Assembly (NCBI GenBank): GCA_951406725.2 | Contig: OX597825.1 | Coordinates: forward strand, 82,026,001 to 82,090,000 | Origin: Octopus vulgaris | Lineage: Eukaryota | Length of the DNA: 64,000 bases | Direction: 5' to 3' | In this document: piece by piece, positions 39,239-54,381 of the stretch | Position numbering within the stretch: the stretch's first letter is position 1 | How the letters are laid out: every line of letters starts with the position of its first letter | Made by a program: the position numbers and the translations under genes | Notes under the pieces: model-generated | The model's input: only the letters and a program-made list of their open reading frames with translations | What the model was told of the DNA's origin: nothing | Databases searched by the model: none

Positions 39239-39633
39239 AAAATGTATACCAAACAAAGCCCCGATTTGTTTATTAGTTCTCTGTTTACAGGGCAAATTAT
39301 ACTGTTTGCGAATAACGCGTATTGAATTACACGCAAAGTTATAAGACAACATAAATCACGCAGGTTTTGTGGGCTGAATTTGTTCTAACAATTATTTTCT
39401 TTAGGGAGTTCCTTAACTAGTGATATTATCAAAATGATCCCAATTATCTAAATATCAATTAAAGGTTACCATTAATAAAATAAAAAATGTAAGCAAACGC
39501 AAAAATTCCTACCCCACAAGAAAACAAGAAACACGACCCGAATAACATATTTGAACTAAGGTGGTAATTAATCGCAATTGAAAACAATTCATTTTCATTA
39601 CACACACATACACATACACACACATGCACACAC

Positions 39634-39686
<53 letters not shown>

Positions 39687-39938
39687 AAACACGTGACCGC
39701 ACGCACACATGTATATGTATGTGTGTGTGTATACATAAGTATATATAAATATATCTGTATATATGTATGTGTGTGTATATATATATACATACATACATGC
39801 ATGCATATATGCACATATACTTATGTGTACATTATATATATGTTTACATATGTACACACACATTTATATATGTATGTGAATATATATATGTATATATACA
39901 TATTTATATACATATATATATGTATATATATATATATG

Positions 39939-39989
<51 letters not shown>

Positions 39990-40016
39990 TTATATATGAA
40001 TATATATATATATATA

Positions 40017-40097
<81 letters not shown>

Positions 40098-40448
40098 TTA
40101 TGCAAGTATGTGTATATACTGGTATGTAACAACACATAGCAACGTTTAAGTACTTCTGTACCCGAAATAAAAATCCATATTCATAGCAATGCCTCCACAG
40201 ATGTTAACTGAAATTATGATGTAATCCGTTCACGTGTGAATGCGTCACTTTAATAATACATGTTATATTATTGTATCCAGTAATGTTTAACAGAGTTCCT
40301 TGGGATTTATACACATACAAAACCATGCAAAGACATTTGGCACACACACACGCGCACGCACACACCCATTCTATCGACATATCTAGGGTGTTTAGTAGTC
40401 ACGTTGTGTTTATGCGTGTGTATATACTTATATATATATATGTATGTT

Positions 40449-40499
<51 letters not shown>

Positions 40500-40674
40500 T
40501 TATATATATATATATATATAAACATACATACATTCATACAGATATACGTATATATATATATATACATATATATACATGCATATATATATACACACACATA
40601 TCCAAATTGAAATGGCTGACGACTAGCATCACACTTGAAACTCAAGAGTGCCAACGAATTTGAATATGTATATA

Positions 40675-40723
<49 letters not shown>

Positions 40724-40924
40724 GCGCAAGAGTTGCTGACCATAGATACATATATATATATGTATATATGTATATATATATATATATGTGTGTATATATA
40801 TGTATATATATGCCTATATATATATATATGCCTATATACAGACCGTAAGGACGGGTGAAATGTCACTAAGCATTTCGCCCGTCGATTCTACCGGCTCACC
40901 GCCCTGACATTTTATCTATATATA

Positions 40925-41280
40925 ACTAGCTTGCTTAACAAACACATGGTTCCGGGTTCAGCTCTACTGCGTGGCAAGCGTCTTCTTCTATAGCCTTGGG
41001 CCGACCAAAGCCTTGTGAATGGATTTGGTAGACGGAAACTGAAAGAAGCCCGTCGTATATATATATATATACATCTATATGTATGTTTCTGTGTTTGCCG
41101 TCCCACCATCGCTTGACAACCGATGTTGGTGTGTTTACGTCCTCATAAATTAGGGGTTCGGCAAAAGACCCGGATAGAATAAGTGCTAGGTTTACAAAGA
41201 ATAATTCCTGGGTCGATTTGTTTGACTAAATCTGATGTTCCAGCATGGCCGCAGTAAAATGATTGAAACAAATAAAAGAA
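40925..41280 (+). mobile_element. Family B SINE, 5'-truncated
   Basis: Colinear with 6140-6520. Confidence 0.9.
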
Positions 41281-41374
41281 TATATTTATATTTATAGGAT
41301 AAGTGTACACACGCATATGCATGCACGTATGTTGTTTAATAGTTTCATGGAGTTTTCGTTGTGTGCATATCTGT

Positions 41375-42220
41375 GTATGTATGTATGTATGTATGTATGT
41401 ATGTGTGTATGTATACATGCATGTATGTATGTATGTATGTACGTATGTACGTACGTATGTATGTATGTATGTATGTATGTATGTATGTATGTATGTATGT
41501 ATGAATGTATGTATGTATGCATGCATGTATGTATGTATGTATGTATGTATGTATGCATGTTTGTATGTATGTATGTATGTATGTATGTATGCATGTATGT
41601 ATGCATGCATGTATGTATGTATGTATGTACGTATGTACGTACGTATGTATGTATGTATGTATGTATGTATGTATGTATGTATGTATGTATGTATGTATGT
41701 ATGAATGTATGTATGTATGCATGCATGTATGTATGTATGTATGTATGCATGTTTGTATGCATGTATGTATGCATGCATGTATGTATCTATGTATGTATGT
41801 ATGTACGTATGTACGTACGTATGTATGTATGTATGTATGTATGTATGTATGTATGTATGTATGAATGTATGTATGTATGCATGCATGTATGTATGTATGT
41901 ATGTATGTATGTATGTATGTATGTATGTATGTATGCATGTTTGTATGTATGTATGTATGTATGTATGTATGTATGTATGCATGTATGTATGTATGTATGT
42001 ATGTATGTATGTATGTATGTATGTGTGTATGTATGTATGCATGTATGTATGTATGCATGCCAGTATGTATGTATGTATGTATGCATGTATGTATGTATGT
42101 ATGCATGTGTGTATGTATGCATGTATGTATGTGTGTATGTATGTATGCATGTATGTATGTGTGTATGTATGTATGCATGTATGTATGTATGTATGCATGC
42201 ATGCATGTATGTATGTATGT
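41375..42220. repeat. ~850-bp (ATGT)n satellite with variant units
   Basis: Directly visible; source of the 426/475-aa pseudo-ORFs. Confidence 0.97.
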
Positions 42221-42364
42221 ATCTGTCTATCTATCCATCCATCCATCCATCTATCTATCGATCTCTCTGTCTGTCTGTCTGTTTGTCTATCTATCTGTCT
42301 GTCTGTTTGTCTGTCTATATACATGTTTATATAGACACCTACACACCACACATACACACACACG

Positions 42365-42396
<32 letters not shown>

Positions 42397-42599
42397 CATA
42401 CACATACACGCACGCACACGCATATATATATATATATATATACAACTATATATTTATCAAAACATGCACACAGGTGCTCATATACGTATGTACACACACA
42501 CACACACACGCACACGTACGCTTTTTCTGTCACACACACACACACGCACACGTACGCTCTTTCTGTCACACACACACACACGCACGCACACACACACAA

Positions 42600-42658
<59 letters not shown>

Positions 42659-43080
42659 GGCAGCAGTGTTTATATTCAGTCTATCAATGAAGTTATCAAG
42701 TCGATGGAATGAGAGACTGTCGAGATAATATCTCACAGGATGATATATCAATGCCAAGCTTTCATCCCGTTTCTTTTGTATCTCCCCACCCACCCACCGC
42801 AGCGCCACCTTCTATTCTTTATCACTTCACCAAATCATTTACCACCTTTCGTATGATAAGAAAAATAAGCAGTCATTTACATAACACCATTTATTATATA
42901 ACATTAACAGTTTCCTATGAATGTAATATTCGCCTCCTTTGAATCAACATTCGAGAAAACAGATGTAGCGAAAACTGAACACTGACCAAGATTCTTGACG
43001 ACCTGAAATTTTTTTTCCTAATTGGATTCTCTAAATTGAACATTGTGTAAGAAAACGTGTAACTATACAATAGTATGTTA

Positions 43081-43530
<450 letters not shown>

Positions 43531-43590
43531 ATATATATATATATAATCTGGGAAGAGGGTATTTTTAAGTGAAAGGAAAGAAGGAGACGC

Positions 43591-43700
43591 ATTATGAAAC
43601 AAAATGGTTCATATTTGGTTGATCAAAAATGTAATGGCAAGTATTTATTGACCTTGTTCTTTCCTTTAAAATCGGCACAAACTTTCCGGACAACCCAATA
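43591..43700 (+). mobile_element. mariner 3' end with TIR
   Basis: IMKQNGSYLVD (mariner ..QNG.Y C-terminus) then aaatcggcacaaactttccggacaacccaa|TA. Confidence 0.75.
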
Positions 43701-43720
43701 TACATACATACATACATACA

Positions 43721-43795
<75 letters not shown>

Positions 43796-43843
43796 GTTTA
43801 AATATTTATTGGCTAAACTGGCAATATGACCATTCCGAAATAT

Positions 43844-43880
<37 letters not shown>

Positions 43881-43946
43881 GTGAGTAGGACAGAGAACAA
43901 TATGGATTATTAAATAGATTAAAATAAATATATATATATGTGTATG

Positions 43947-44173
43947 TACGAGGTGGTACTGAAACTTTCCTGGCTTTTAGGGTATTGCGAAAGGCCTTGT
44001 TGGAGGACCAAACTTCTGGGGGTTCTTTTACAGGGTTTAAAAAAAAACTAAAAAAAACCGCTGCAATAAGTGTGTGAATCTGAGAAGGGAGATATGTTTA
44101 ATAAAATCCTAATTAACTAATTCTCCTGTATTTTTTTTACAGAAAGCCAGGAACGGTTCGACAGCCCCTTGCA
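43947..44173 (+). mobile_element. mariner-derived MITE
   Basis: Imperfect TIRs tacgaggtggtactgaaactttcctggcttt / aaagccaggaacggttcgacagccccttg; internal RCNKCVNLR transposase C-terminus. Confidence 0.75.
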
Positions 44174-44189
44174 TGTATTTTTAGAAGTA

Positions 44190-44233
<44 letters not shown>

Positions 44234-45118
44234 AATGTCTGTCTGTATGTATATGAGGAGAAAGAAGGAGAAAGGGGGCGATATGGATTAATAAGAAAGA
44301 AGGAAGTGATGTAGACACCGTTACTAGTTCATATGAATTTCAAGTACGCTGAAACCTGTAGGTTCCTCTGTCCTTGAAATCTGTAGGTCTTTTCGCACTC
44401 AGAATTCAACCTTGCCACTTAAAATGTTCCCCTACCCCTGTCGTTAAGAGAAATTATTATATCAGAGAATAAGGGAGGTTGAATTAATAGAAAAGATTAG
44501 GTGTTTGTTTTACAGGAAGAGATACATAGGATGTTGGGATGTTCATGCATTTCCCCAAGTTATTTAACTGTATGAGGAAACAAAGCTGTGTTGTAGAATT
44601 AATATGTAACATTAATTTCTAATTTTGGTACAAGGATCACGTGTTTCTGGAAATAGTTTTTAGTAGTTTTTAGAGTTTTTAGTTGTTTATATCAGCCTCA
44701 GTATATTACTGGTATTTTATTGTATTGGTCACAGTAGTTTAAGAGGTGACTCTGTCATCGGAGAGATATTTAATATTTGAACTTAGAACGTAAAGGTTCG
44801 AAATCCAATAAGATTGTAACCCTAGCTACCGAAATAGTGGGTTGGTGGTGGTCCATTTTAATACATGCTGCAGGTTTCGGTTTAACAAACAAATAAAGAA
44901 TCTGTATTTAAGATGTTGATGTATGGCATGTCGTTAAAGATAAAGGGTATTTCAGGTGCGGGGAAGATGGAAAGAAGAATATACTGAGAGGTCCTCCATC
45001 GATTTCGACGACAAACATTCAGTTATTCAATGAACTGATCGTTAAATTAACGAATAAATGATCAAGTATTCCGCACTTATACGTGAACCGCTTCACACGG
45101 TTCCCAAGCCGAATCAGC

Positions 45119-45503
45119 AAGGCATTTTGTGAGTGGATTCGGTAGACGGAAACTGAAAGAAGCCCGTCGTGTATATATATTTGTGTGTGTGTGTGTCTTT
45201 GTGTCTGTGTTTGTCCCTTCCACAATCACTTGACAACCGACTTATTCTTTGGTGGTGATGGCGATAGTGGTGGTGGTGGGTGCAAACACCGGTACAAACA
45301 CACACACACACATACGTACACACAAGCACACACATATATACGACGGGCTTCTTTCAATTTCCGCCTACCAAATCCACTCACAAGGCTTTGGTCACCCCGA
45401 GGCTATAGTAGAAGACACTTGCCCAAGGTGCCACGCAGTGGAACTGAACCTGGAACCATGTGGTTGGGAACCAGGCTTCTTACCACACAGCCACTCCTGC
45501 GCC
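45119..45503. mobile_element. Two oppositely oriented family B SINE pieces (+ 45119-45240; - ~45270-45503)
   Basis: gtagacggaaactgaaagaagcccgtcg versus cgacgggcttctttcaatttccgcctac. Confidence 0.88.
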
Positions 45504-45594
45504 TATATATATAAATGTACGTATGTATATATATATATATAATTTATACATACACTTATATATATAATTTATACATACACTTATATATATGTAT

Positions 45595-45637
<43 letters not shown>

Positions 45638-45684
45638 TGTACACACATATATATATGTACGTATGTATGTATATATATATATAC

Positions 45685-45791
<107 letters not shown>

Positions 45792-45920
45792 AATATATAT
45801 ATGTATATATATATATGTACGTATATATATATATATATGTACGTATATATATATATGTACGTATATATATATATGTACGTATATATATATATATATGTAC
45901 GTATATATATATATATGTAC

Positions 45921-45977
<57 letters not shown>

Positions 45978-46667
45978 AGAGCACTCAGTCATGCCTGAAT
46001 TATTATAGCCTACGAAGTACATTTCTGGCATAAATGTAATGAACAGTTGTCAAGCGGAAACCGAAACTGGCTATAGTCTTCGCGTGTCAAAAGATTAACA
46101 TTTTGTCCTATGGCGTTTTACAGCTTGGTGAATTGACGATTGATCGTAGAAAAATAAATAAAAGCTTTATATTTCAGAATGTAGACCACCCGAAAGATGG
46201 AAAAACAAACTCTTAGAACATAAACCTTATTTTGTAGGGAACAGCCATTATTTTGTATTGCATTCGTAAGAATGGAAAACAAAGTTACACCACACCCTCA
46301 GGCGCGGACTCATATATATTCATACGTAAAGATACATCTTATATATCTTCATTCTGAAGAAGTTACAAAGTGGCTCGAAGGCCGAGAGTTTCGCGTATGT
46401 CACTTATTAAGTTTCTGCCTATTATATAATGTGTCCGAACTGCTAGAATCCCACCAGAAGCGTATAAGTTGAAGTGAAAAGGAAACGTAAATCTGGGGAC
46501 TTGTGAAGTATCTTACGTCACCTGAAGAGGCTCTTTTGCACTGTGCGTTGCATCTGACATTATTACATCGTTTCACACCCACTAGAGAGCAGTGTAGAAT
46601 GAAGCCGAAACGATTGTTGTGTTAATAAATGCTTCAAGTCACACACCATCTTTCCTATTAATCTTTC

Positions 46668-46743
<76 letters not shown>

Positions 46744-46763
46744 TATACATACATATATAAATG

Positions 46764-46833
<70 letters not shown>

Positions 46834-46844
46834 TACATATATAA

Positions 46845-46887
<43 letters not shown>

Positions 46888-47294
46888 GCTCCATTCTGAA
46901 GTTCCATGCCCCACCAAAATATAAGCAAAGCCCAACAGCGGTGTCGCATGCTCCAATTTGAGAATTGCTACTGGACATATCTGTCTGACGATCGCATGTT
47001 GCAGAGTCGTGGCATTCTTCCACAGAGCTGCCTCTATCAGGTAAAGCATGGATCTCGCCAATATCTGGCTCTACGATAGCCAGGAAGTCTGGATAGTTAT
47101 TCTCTGTCGAGTGGTTGTTGTGAGCAAGTGATGCGGTGATTAAAAAAATAATTCAGAACTGAGGTTTTCCTCTTTAGCCAAGCACTCATCAACCGTTTCA
47201 AGTACCACTTGAAGAGAAGGATGCGAGCGGGGTAGGTGGCGCTGCCTTATGAAAGGTGACCGTGAACAATGATATTAACGAAGGTAAATGGACC

Positions 47295-47795
<501 letters not shown>

Positions 47796-48290
47796 CCTTT
47801 CTACTAAAGCACAAGACCTGAAATTTAGGGGAAGAGATAAGGGGATTACATCGACCCCAGTTCTCAACTGGTACTTAGTTTATCAACTCCGAAAGGATAA
47901 AAGGCAAAGTTGATCTGGGCGGAATTTGAACTCAGGATGTAAAGACAGACGAAATACCGCTAAGCATTTTGTCCGGCGCGCTTAACGATTCTGTCAGTTC
48001 GCTGTGTTAGAAACGTTTGAAATATTAAGCAAAAATGTCCACAGTCTCATAGCAAATAAGACGGCGAGAGAAAGGGAGAGAGACAGATAGAGAAAAAAAG
48101 AGACAGAGATAGATAGATAGAGATAGATAGAGATCGAGGGAGAGGGAAAGAACGAGAGAGAAAGAGGGAGAAAAAGAGCCAGAGTTGAGCGAAAGAGATA
48201 GCGGTAGAGAGGTAGAAACAGAAATGGACAAAAACAGGGAAATGGCGGCTGTCCGAGAAAGTAAAATGTAAATATTTGAAGCTTTCTTAC

Positions 48291-48366
48291 CTCATCAGTG
48301 ACTTCTTCCTCGGTTCGGTTTGAGGCTGAGATGGGGTCTGAGCAGTAGAAAAACAGCAGAAGGAAA
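48291..48366 (-). other. Candidate internal exon (76 nt, or 47 nt from an alternative acceptor)
   Basis: Minus strand polypyrimidine tttttctgttttccttcctgcag| ... GAG|gtaaga; no homology recognised. Confidence 0.3.
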
Positions 48367-48477
48367 CTGCAGGAAGGAAAACAGAAAAAAAAACAGAAAC
48401 TGTTATATATTTCGAAAATGTTTCAAGTAGCGAATGAAAATAAAGGAGACGATAAATGAAAAGGCAACAGATATTAT

Positions 48478-48704
48478 ATTCCTTTATTGCCCACAAGGGG
48501 CTAAACACAGAGGGGACAAAACAAGGACAGACAAAAGGGATTAAGTGGATTACATCGACCCCAGTGCGTAACTGGTACTTTATTTATCGACCCCGAAAGG
48601 ATGAAAGGCAAAGTCGACCTCGGCGGAATTTGAACTCAGAACGTAACGTCAGACGAAATATCGCTAAGCATTTCGCCCGGCGTCCTAAAGTTTCTGTCAG
48701 CTCG

Positions 48705-48706
<2 letters not shown>
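48478..48706 (-). mobile_element. Young family A SINE (tail B)
   Basis: Near-identical to 5081-5311. Confidence 0.92.
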
Positions 48707-48785
<79 letters not shown>

Positions 48786-48892
48786 ATACATATATACATA
48801 TATACACATACAAACATGTGTAGTTTCTATTTTATTTTTGTAACATACTTCTATTATATATATATACATAAATAAATAAATATATATATATA

Positions 48893-48930
<38 letters not shown>

Positions 48931-48933
<3 letters not shown>

Positions 48934-49993
48934 GTTTAAATATTTGTTGTGCAAGATTTTTTATGTGAAGTCGTGTGTTGAAACAGATATTGTTATATTT
49001 CGGAATGGTCATATTGCCAGTTTAGCCAATAAAAACACACGCACTATATATTTGGTGTTATTTTGCTTCAGTGATATTTATTTTTTACATTAATCTTAAT
49101 CTTATTTCGGCCAAAGTTCTTTCGTCACACTCCTGTGACCGCATCAGTGGTCCTTTGTTTTCTTCTCACTTACTTGTGTCTCTCCTTACTAACCGTCAGC
49201 CATTTTGTATTTCTATTGTATGTCTTCATTTGCGCATGCTTATATCTCTATGTGCGTCTATGTTTATTTAGTGTGTGTGTGGGGGGGATGTCTGTAATAT
49301 TTGTATCTTCTGGTTATATACATTCTTGTAATTTGTATTTTGTTTTTGTTGTTGTTGCTTTTGTTCTAATTTTGTTCATGTGTTTACATCCACCCATTAT
49401 TATCATTACATATGCTTGTATGTATGTATAACAACAATATTAGTAATAATAATAATAAATCTAATCGAGAAAAAAAAAAAAAAAAAAAGAAAAAAAAAGA
49501 ATATACATATACATATATATATATATACATACATATACATATACATATATATATATACATATATACACACACATATACACATATACATATACACATATAT
49601 ACACATATACATACACATAGATATTCATTTCTATTTCTTTAATTACCTGTGTATTTATTATGTTTGCAGGATCCACTATTGTCATATGTTGTGGTGTGCG
49701 CTATTGCTCCATTCTAGTTTTCTATTCAGGCTAGGTTTATTTTCTATTATATGTGTAGCTTCTGTAATTTGTCTAATTGTTGCATCTGTTCTATGTGTGG
49801 ACAATATCTTAATCTCTATGTTATTGATTGATCCCCCGTGTTCTTGTTCGGCGTGTTGGTACAGAATCGATGAGCTTTTACCTTCCTTGAGTTGTCTCCA
49901 ATGTTCATTCACCCGCTCACCAATGCTTCTTGCAGTTTCCCCTACGTATGTTACTGTCTTGGCTAAACTGGCAATATGACCATTCCGAAATAT

Positions 49994-50000
<7 letters not shown>
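48931..50000 (-). mobile_element. 5'-truncated Penelope-like element with inverted tail, inserted in (TA)n
   Basis: GIY-YIG C-terminal half; 42-bp perfect inverted repeat 48988-49029 / 49959-50000; hammerhead-like motif 49104-49153. Confidence 0.85.
49682..49958 (-). pseudogene. GIY-YIG endonuclease C-terminal fragment (Penelope-like)
   Basis: [16 protein letters not shown]...SILYQHAEQEH...RQITEATHIIENKPSLNRKLEW contains the YIG, R..EH, H...H, E and P.LN motifs. Confidence 0.9.
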
Positions 50001-50040
<40 letters not shown>

Positions 50041-50049
50041 AATATATTT

Positions 50050-50108
<59 letters not shown>

Positions 50109-50566
50109 CATACATACATACTACATATATATATATATGCACACATACACATCATTTGGCATTTAAGCTAATGTGACAGTAGATAACTTCATTTGATACA
50201 CACACATACCTATTGATGTGTGTGTGTGTGCTAACACTCTTTCCCATCGGCTGGGAAGGAGATTGCGTAAGTCTTCTACGCTGCGCAGCCAGCAGACACG
50301 AGACATGATCCGCCTGGAGGCTCTCCCACTCCTCTTTGGCTCACCTCGAAAACAGAGAAGGAATGTGTTTACATTGTCGTATTGTTCTTTATCACAGCTA
50401 ATGGCTTTATGATATTTGAATTTATTTCAGTGCTGCAATTTCACACTCCGTTGGGCAAAATGTATGTATGTATGTATGTATGTATGTATGTATGTATGTA
50501 TGTATGTATGTATGTATGTATGTCTTTCTCTCCCCCCCTCTCTCTCTCTCTTTCTCTCTCTCTCCC

Positions 50567-50636
<70 letters not shown>

Positions 50637-50840
50637 AGCTAGTCACATGGGAGACCGGAGTTCTATTCACCAGCGGGGTGGTTAAGAAGCTCGCTTTGGA
50701 AACCGAGTGAATTCGGGTTCAACACCACTGCGTGGTACCTTGAGCAAGTGACTTCTTGTGTAACCTCGGGTCAACGAATGCCTAGTGAGTTAATTTTTAT
50801 GAGAGAAACTATGTAGAAGTCCGTCGTGCAAATATATACA

Positions 50841-50884
50841 TTCTTCTTCTTCTTCTTCTTCTTCTTCTTCTTCTTCTTCTTCTT

Positions 50885-50915
<31 letters not shown>

Positions 50916-50942
50916 TTATTATTATTATTATTATTATTATTT
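50841..50942. repeat. (TTC)n fused to (TTA)n, after a family B SINE 5' half at 50670-50828
   Basis: Directly visible. Confidence 0.9.
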
Positions 50943-51050
50943 CGATTAACACTGCATAATTCCTGAAATAGATCCAAAGGAAATATACGCGAACTACAGA
51001 TGACATGAGGTAGCCCAAACTGTGCCAGTGCTTTACTCATCATATGAGCA

Positions 51051-51087
<37 letters not shown>

Positions 51088-51334
51088 GCAATGGAGGAAA
51101 ATAAACATCCGGACGGATAGACGATACAAAGGCGGACAAAATTTAGAGGGACAGGAAAAAAAGAATGGGCCGGTCGTGGCTTTCTTTCCTCAGTCAATTT
51201 ACCAGATGTCCTTACAGTTTCGGACAGTTATGCTTGAGACTGTTCGATTTGGTTGTTCCTTCCCCGCAAAAGCCCAAGCTAAGGGCGTTAGATATTTTGT
51301 AAGAAAGCTAGCGAATGTGCTCGTGTGTGATGGA

Positions 51335-51620
51335 CTCTCCCGTTGTTAGACGACGTATGAGTGTTTGACAGTTTCTTGCCGAGCAACCACACAGATGATT
51401 TGTTTATACTGATCAAATGTTTGTGTGGACATAAGCTCACTCCCTCCATCAGATCGACATTACCTGTACAGGTACAACGGGTGCCATATGTCAGCTGACA
51501 AAATGATCGCAGAGTAACGTGAAATGAAGTGCTTTGCTTAAGAACACAACGCAACACCCGCTCTGGGAATCGAACCCACAATCTCACAATCGTGAGTGCA
51601 ACACCTTAACCACTAAGCCA
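51335..51620 (-). mobile_element. Family C SINE (head H1 + tail T3)
   Basis: Minus strand tggcttagtggttaaggtgttgcactc...gggttcgattccc...gttcttaagcaaagcact. Confidence 0.8.
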
Positions 51621-52973
51621 AGCATGTTCGTTTCTCTTTTTGTCATCTGCGATTATAGTTTTGATCTTCTATATAAATGAAGATATTTCCTCCGTCTATC
51701 TGTTTTTCTCTCTACAAAACGGGAAGTTACATTTTAACGAGCTATATTTATTTATTTATCACTCGATTAGATACATCTGCACCACCGGATACGCCTGAGC
51801 CAGTTGTTGTGTGTCCCACCCAAGAGGAATCGATGCTAGATGTGTCGAAACACTTGCCGTGATTAAAAATAAATTCTCGTATATTCCATCTTCTGCTTTT
51901 CATTTGTTATATATATATACATACATGCATACATATATATATATACATACACACACACACACACAGACATATATATATATAAATAGATAGATACATGCAT
52001 ACATGCATACACACACACACATACACACACACATATATATATATATATATAGGTACATACATGCATACATACACATATATATACATATATATATATATGT
52101 GTGTGTCTGTCTGTCTGTCTGTATGTATTATGAATGTATTTGTCTCCACGCACCGTTTGGCTACCGGTCTTCGTTTATTTATGCTCCCCATAAGGTACCA
52201 GTTCATCAAAAGAGGCCGAAAGAATAAGTATAAAACGACCCCGCCCCCTAATAATGGGGTCAATTTGTTCGACTAAACACACTGAAAGCTGTGGTACGGG
52301 ATGGCTACAGTTTAATGACTGAGAAAGGTGACAGTTAAATATAAAAGAAACACACGCACACACACACACACTTTCATACATATACATGTATTTGCTAAGA
52401 CGAAGGCAACATTAAAATTCATATTGCCATACAGGGAAACTGACAGAAATTGATATGAACGGGCAGATCAAAAGACAATACACTTCCCTCATATGCACAT
52501 GTATAATAAATTGCCGAGTTAATCTTTTTAGCAGATTATCGTTTTTCCGTTTCCATATATACCTAAACCAAATGTTGCCATTTACAATGGAACCAACCAA
52601 AATATCTCTCAGCAAAGTCTAATTATAACACACATACCCAAAACAGATGTAAACATTCCTGTATATATCCGTTTTTCATATTTTCTGAAGCTTTTTTTTT
52701 CCCATTTAGTGTGCAGCCGAAAAAAATTGCACCAACATCCATGTCAGTCGACAATCATTACTTTAAAAAAATGTAATTATTCATTTATTTCATTTACTAA
52801 AAAAAAACTGACCATAAAATATCTTTCATCGCCTTTGCTGTGAATGTACATATATACATATATACATACATACACACACATACAAACACATACATATGTA
52901 AATGCATATATGTATATATTTATATATATATATATATATGAATACATCTACACACAGACCAATTTCTCCGGAA

Positions 52974-53062
<89 letters not shown>

Positions 53063-53176
53063 TGTATGTATATAATTATAGATACATATACTGACGTAGA
53101 CTTATATGTATATGCATGTAGAAAAAAATTATATAAATTTATAAATAACATTCTCATCGTGTGTATACCGGCCGGG

Positions 53177-53266
<90 letters not shown>

Positions 53267-54132
53267 GGAGATAGAGAAAGTGAAAGAGAGAGGGAATGAG
53301 TGAGAGAGATGGGAGAAAGAGAGATAGATAGAGAGAGAGAAAGTAAGAAATGGAAGAAGAAAAACAGAGAACGTGCGGATGTGTGTAGAAAGGATGGAAT
53401 GTGCTGTTAAGCATTTTTCAGGAATAATCTGCCCCAGATTTTTGTCATCCGCTCATTCAGTTTAGTAACATCGACCAACACTTATTAATTAAAAAAGCAA
53501 GAACTGCGTTGACAAAATTATTCCTCGCCATAAATACGCTACTCTGTTTAGTGATATATATTAATTAATATTTCTAATTAATATTTCATTTTTATTATTC
53601 AATTCACGTTTACGTTATTTTATGTTATTTCTGTTTTTGGTTTTTTATAACTGTTTTACATTTCGCAACTGTTTTATATATTATTTCTGTTTTAATGCAT
53701 TGCCAGGCTATTCCAGACTGATGATGAGCAATGACTCTCAAAATGACTCTGGATGCTTGTCTCCAATTTGTAAGTATAAGGACACAGGAAACGTGTCAAG
53801 TCCAACAGGAAACGGTGTTTCCTAGGGCTAAATAGCAGTAATATTCTTCCCTTTCATGGGACTGTCACATTAAGTTAACAACATACCATCGATTATATAT
53901 AATATTTGATTTATATCTTATTTCTATTTTATTTAATTTCTGTTTTTTACTCTTCTCTCTATATTTTGTTTCAGCTCAATATTTGCTTTGTGTGTTATAT
54001 TCATATCACGTTTCTGTTTCATACTTTCGGTTTATTTTATTTGTTTTATAGTTTATTTCTGTTTTATGCTTATTTCTGTTTTCTTTATATTCATTTCTAT
54101 TTTCTCTATACTTATTTCTGTTTTTTTTTTTA

Positions 54133-54381
54133 AAGCGGCGAGCTGGCAGAATCGTTAGCACGCCAGGCAGAACGCTGAGCGTTATTTCGCTCGTGCTCGA
54201 GTTCATAAACCCTCCGAGGTCGACTTTACTTTTTATCCTTTTCGGGGTCGATAAAATACGTACCAGTCGTGAACTGGAGTCGATGTAATAGACTTAATCC
54301 CTTTGTGTATCCCTCTATGTATTGCCCCCTGTGGGCAATAAAGAAATAAATTGCAGGCGTTGTGCCTATAGTAGACAGGAT
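54133..54381 (+). mobile_element. Family A SINE ending in tail B followed by residual tail A
   Basis: ...ccctgtgggcaataaagaaat|aaattgcaggcgttgtgcctatagtagacagga. Confidence 0.85.

Noticed and set aside
41143-42728. Long ORFs of 285-475 aa (MYVC/HTYI repeats) and similar [12 protein letters not shown] and poly-I/N ORFs across the window
   Set aside because: They are translations of stop-free microsatellites and have no protein-like complexity
46885-47130. GC-richer unique segment that might be coding
   Set aside because: Stops in the plus frames and no recognisable family on the minus strand; cannot be classified without a search
48275-48300. Minus-strand CTGATGAG as a hammerhead
   Set aside because: No stem II followed by GAAA; better explained as a splice donor context
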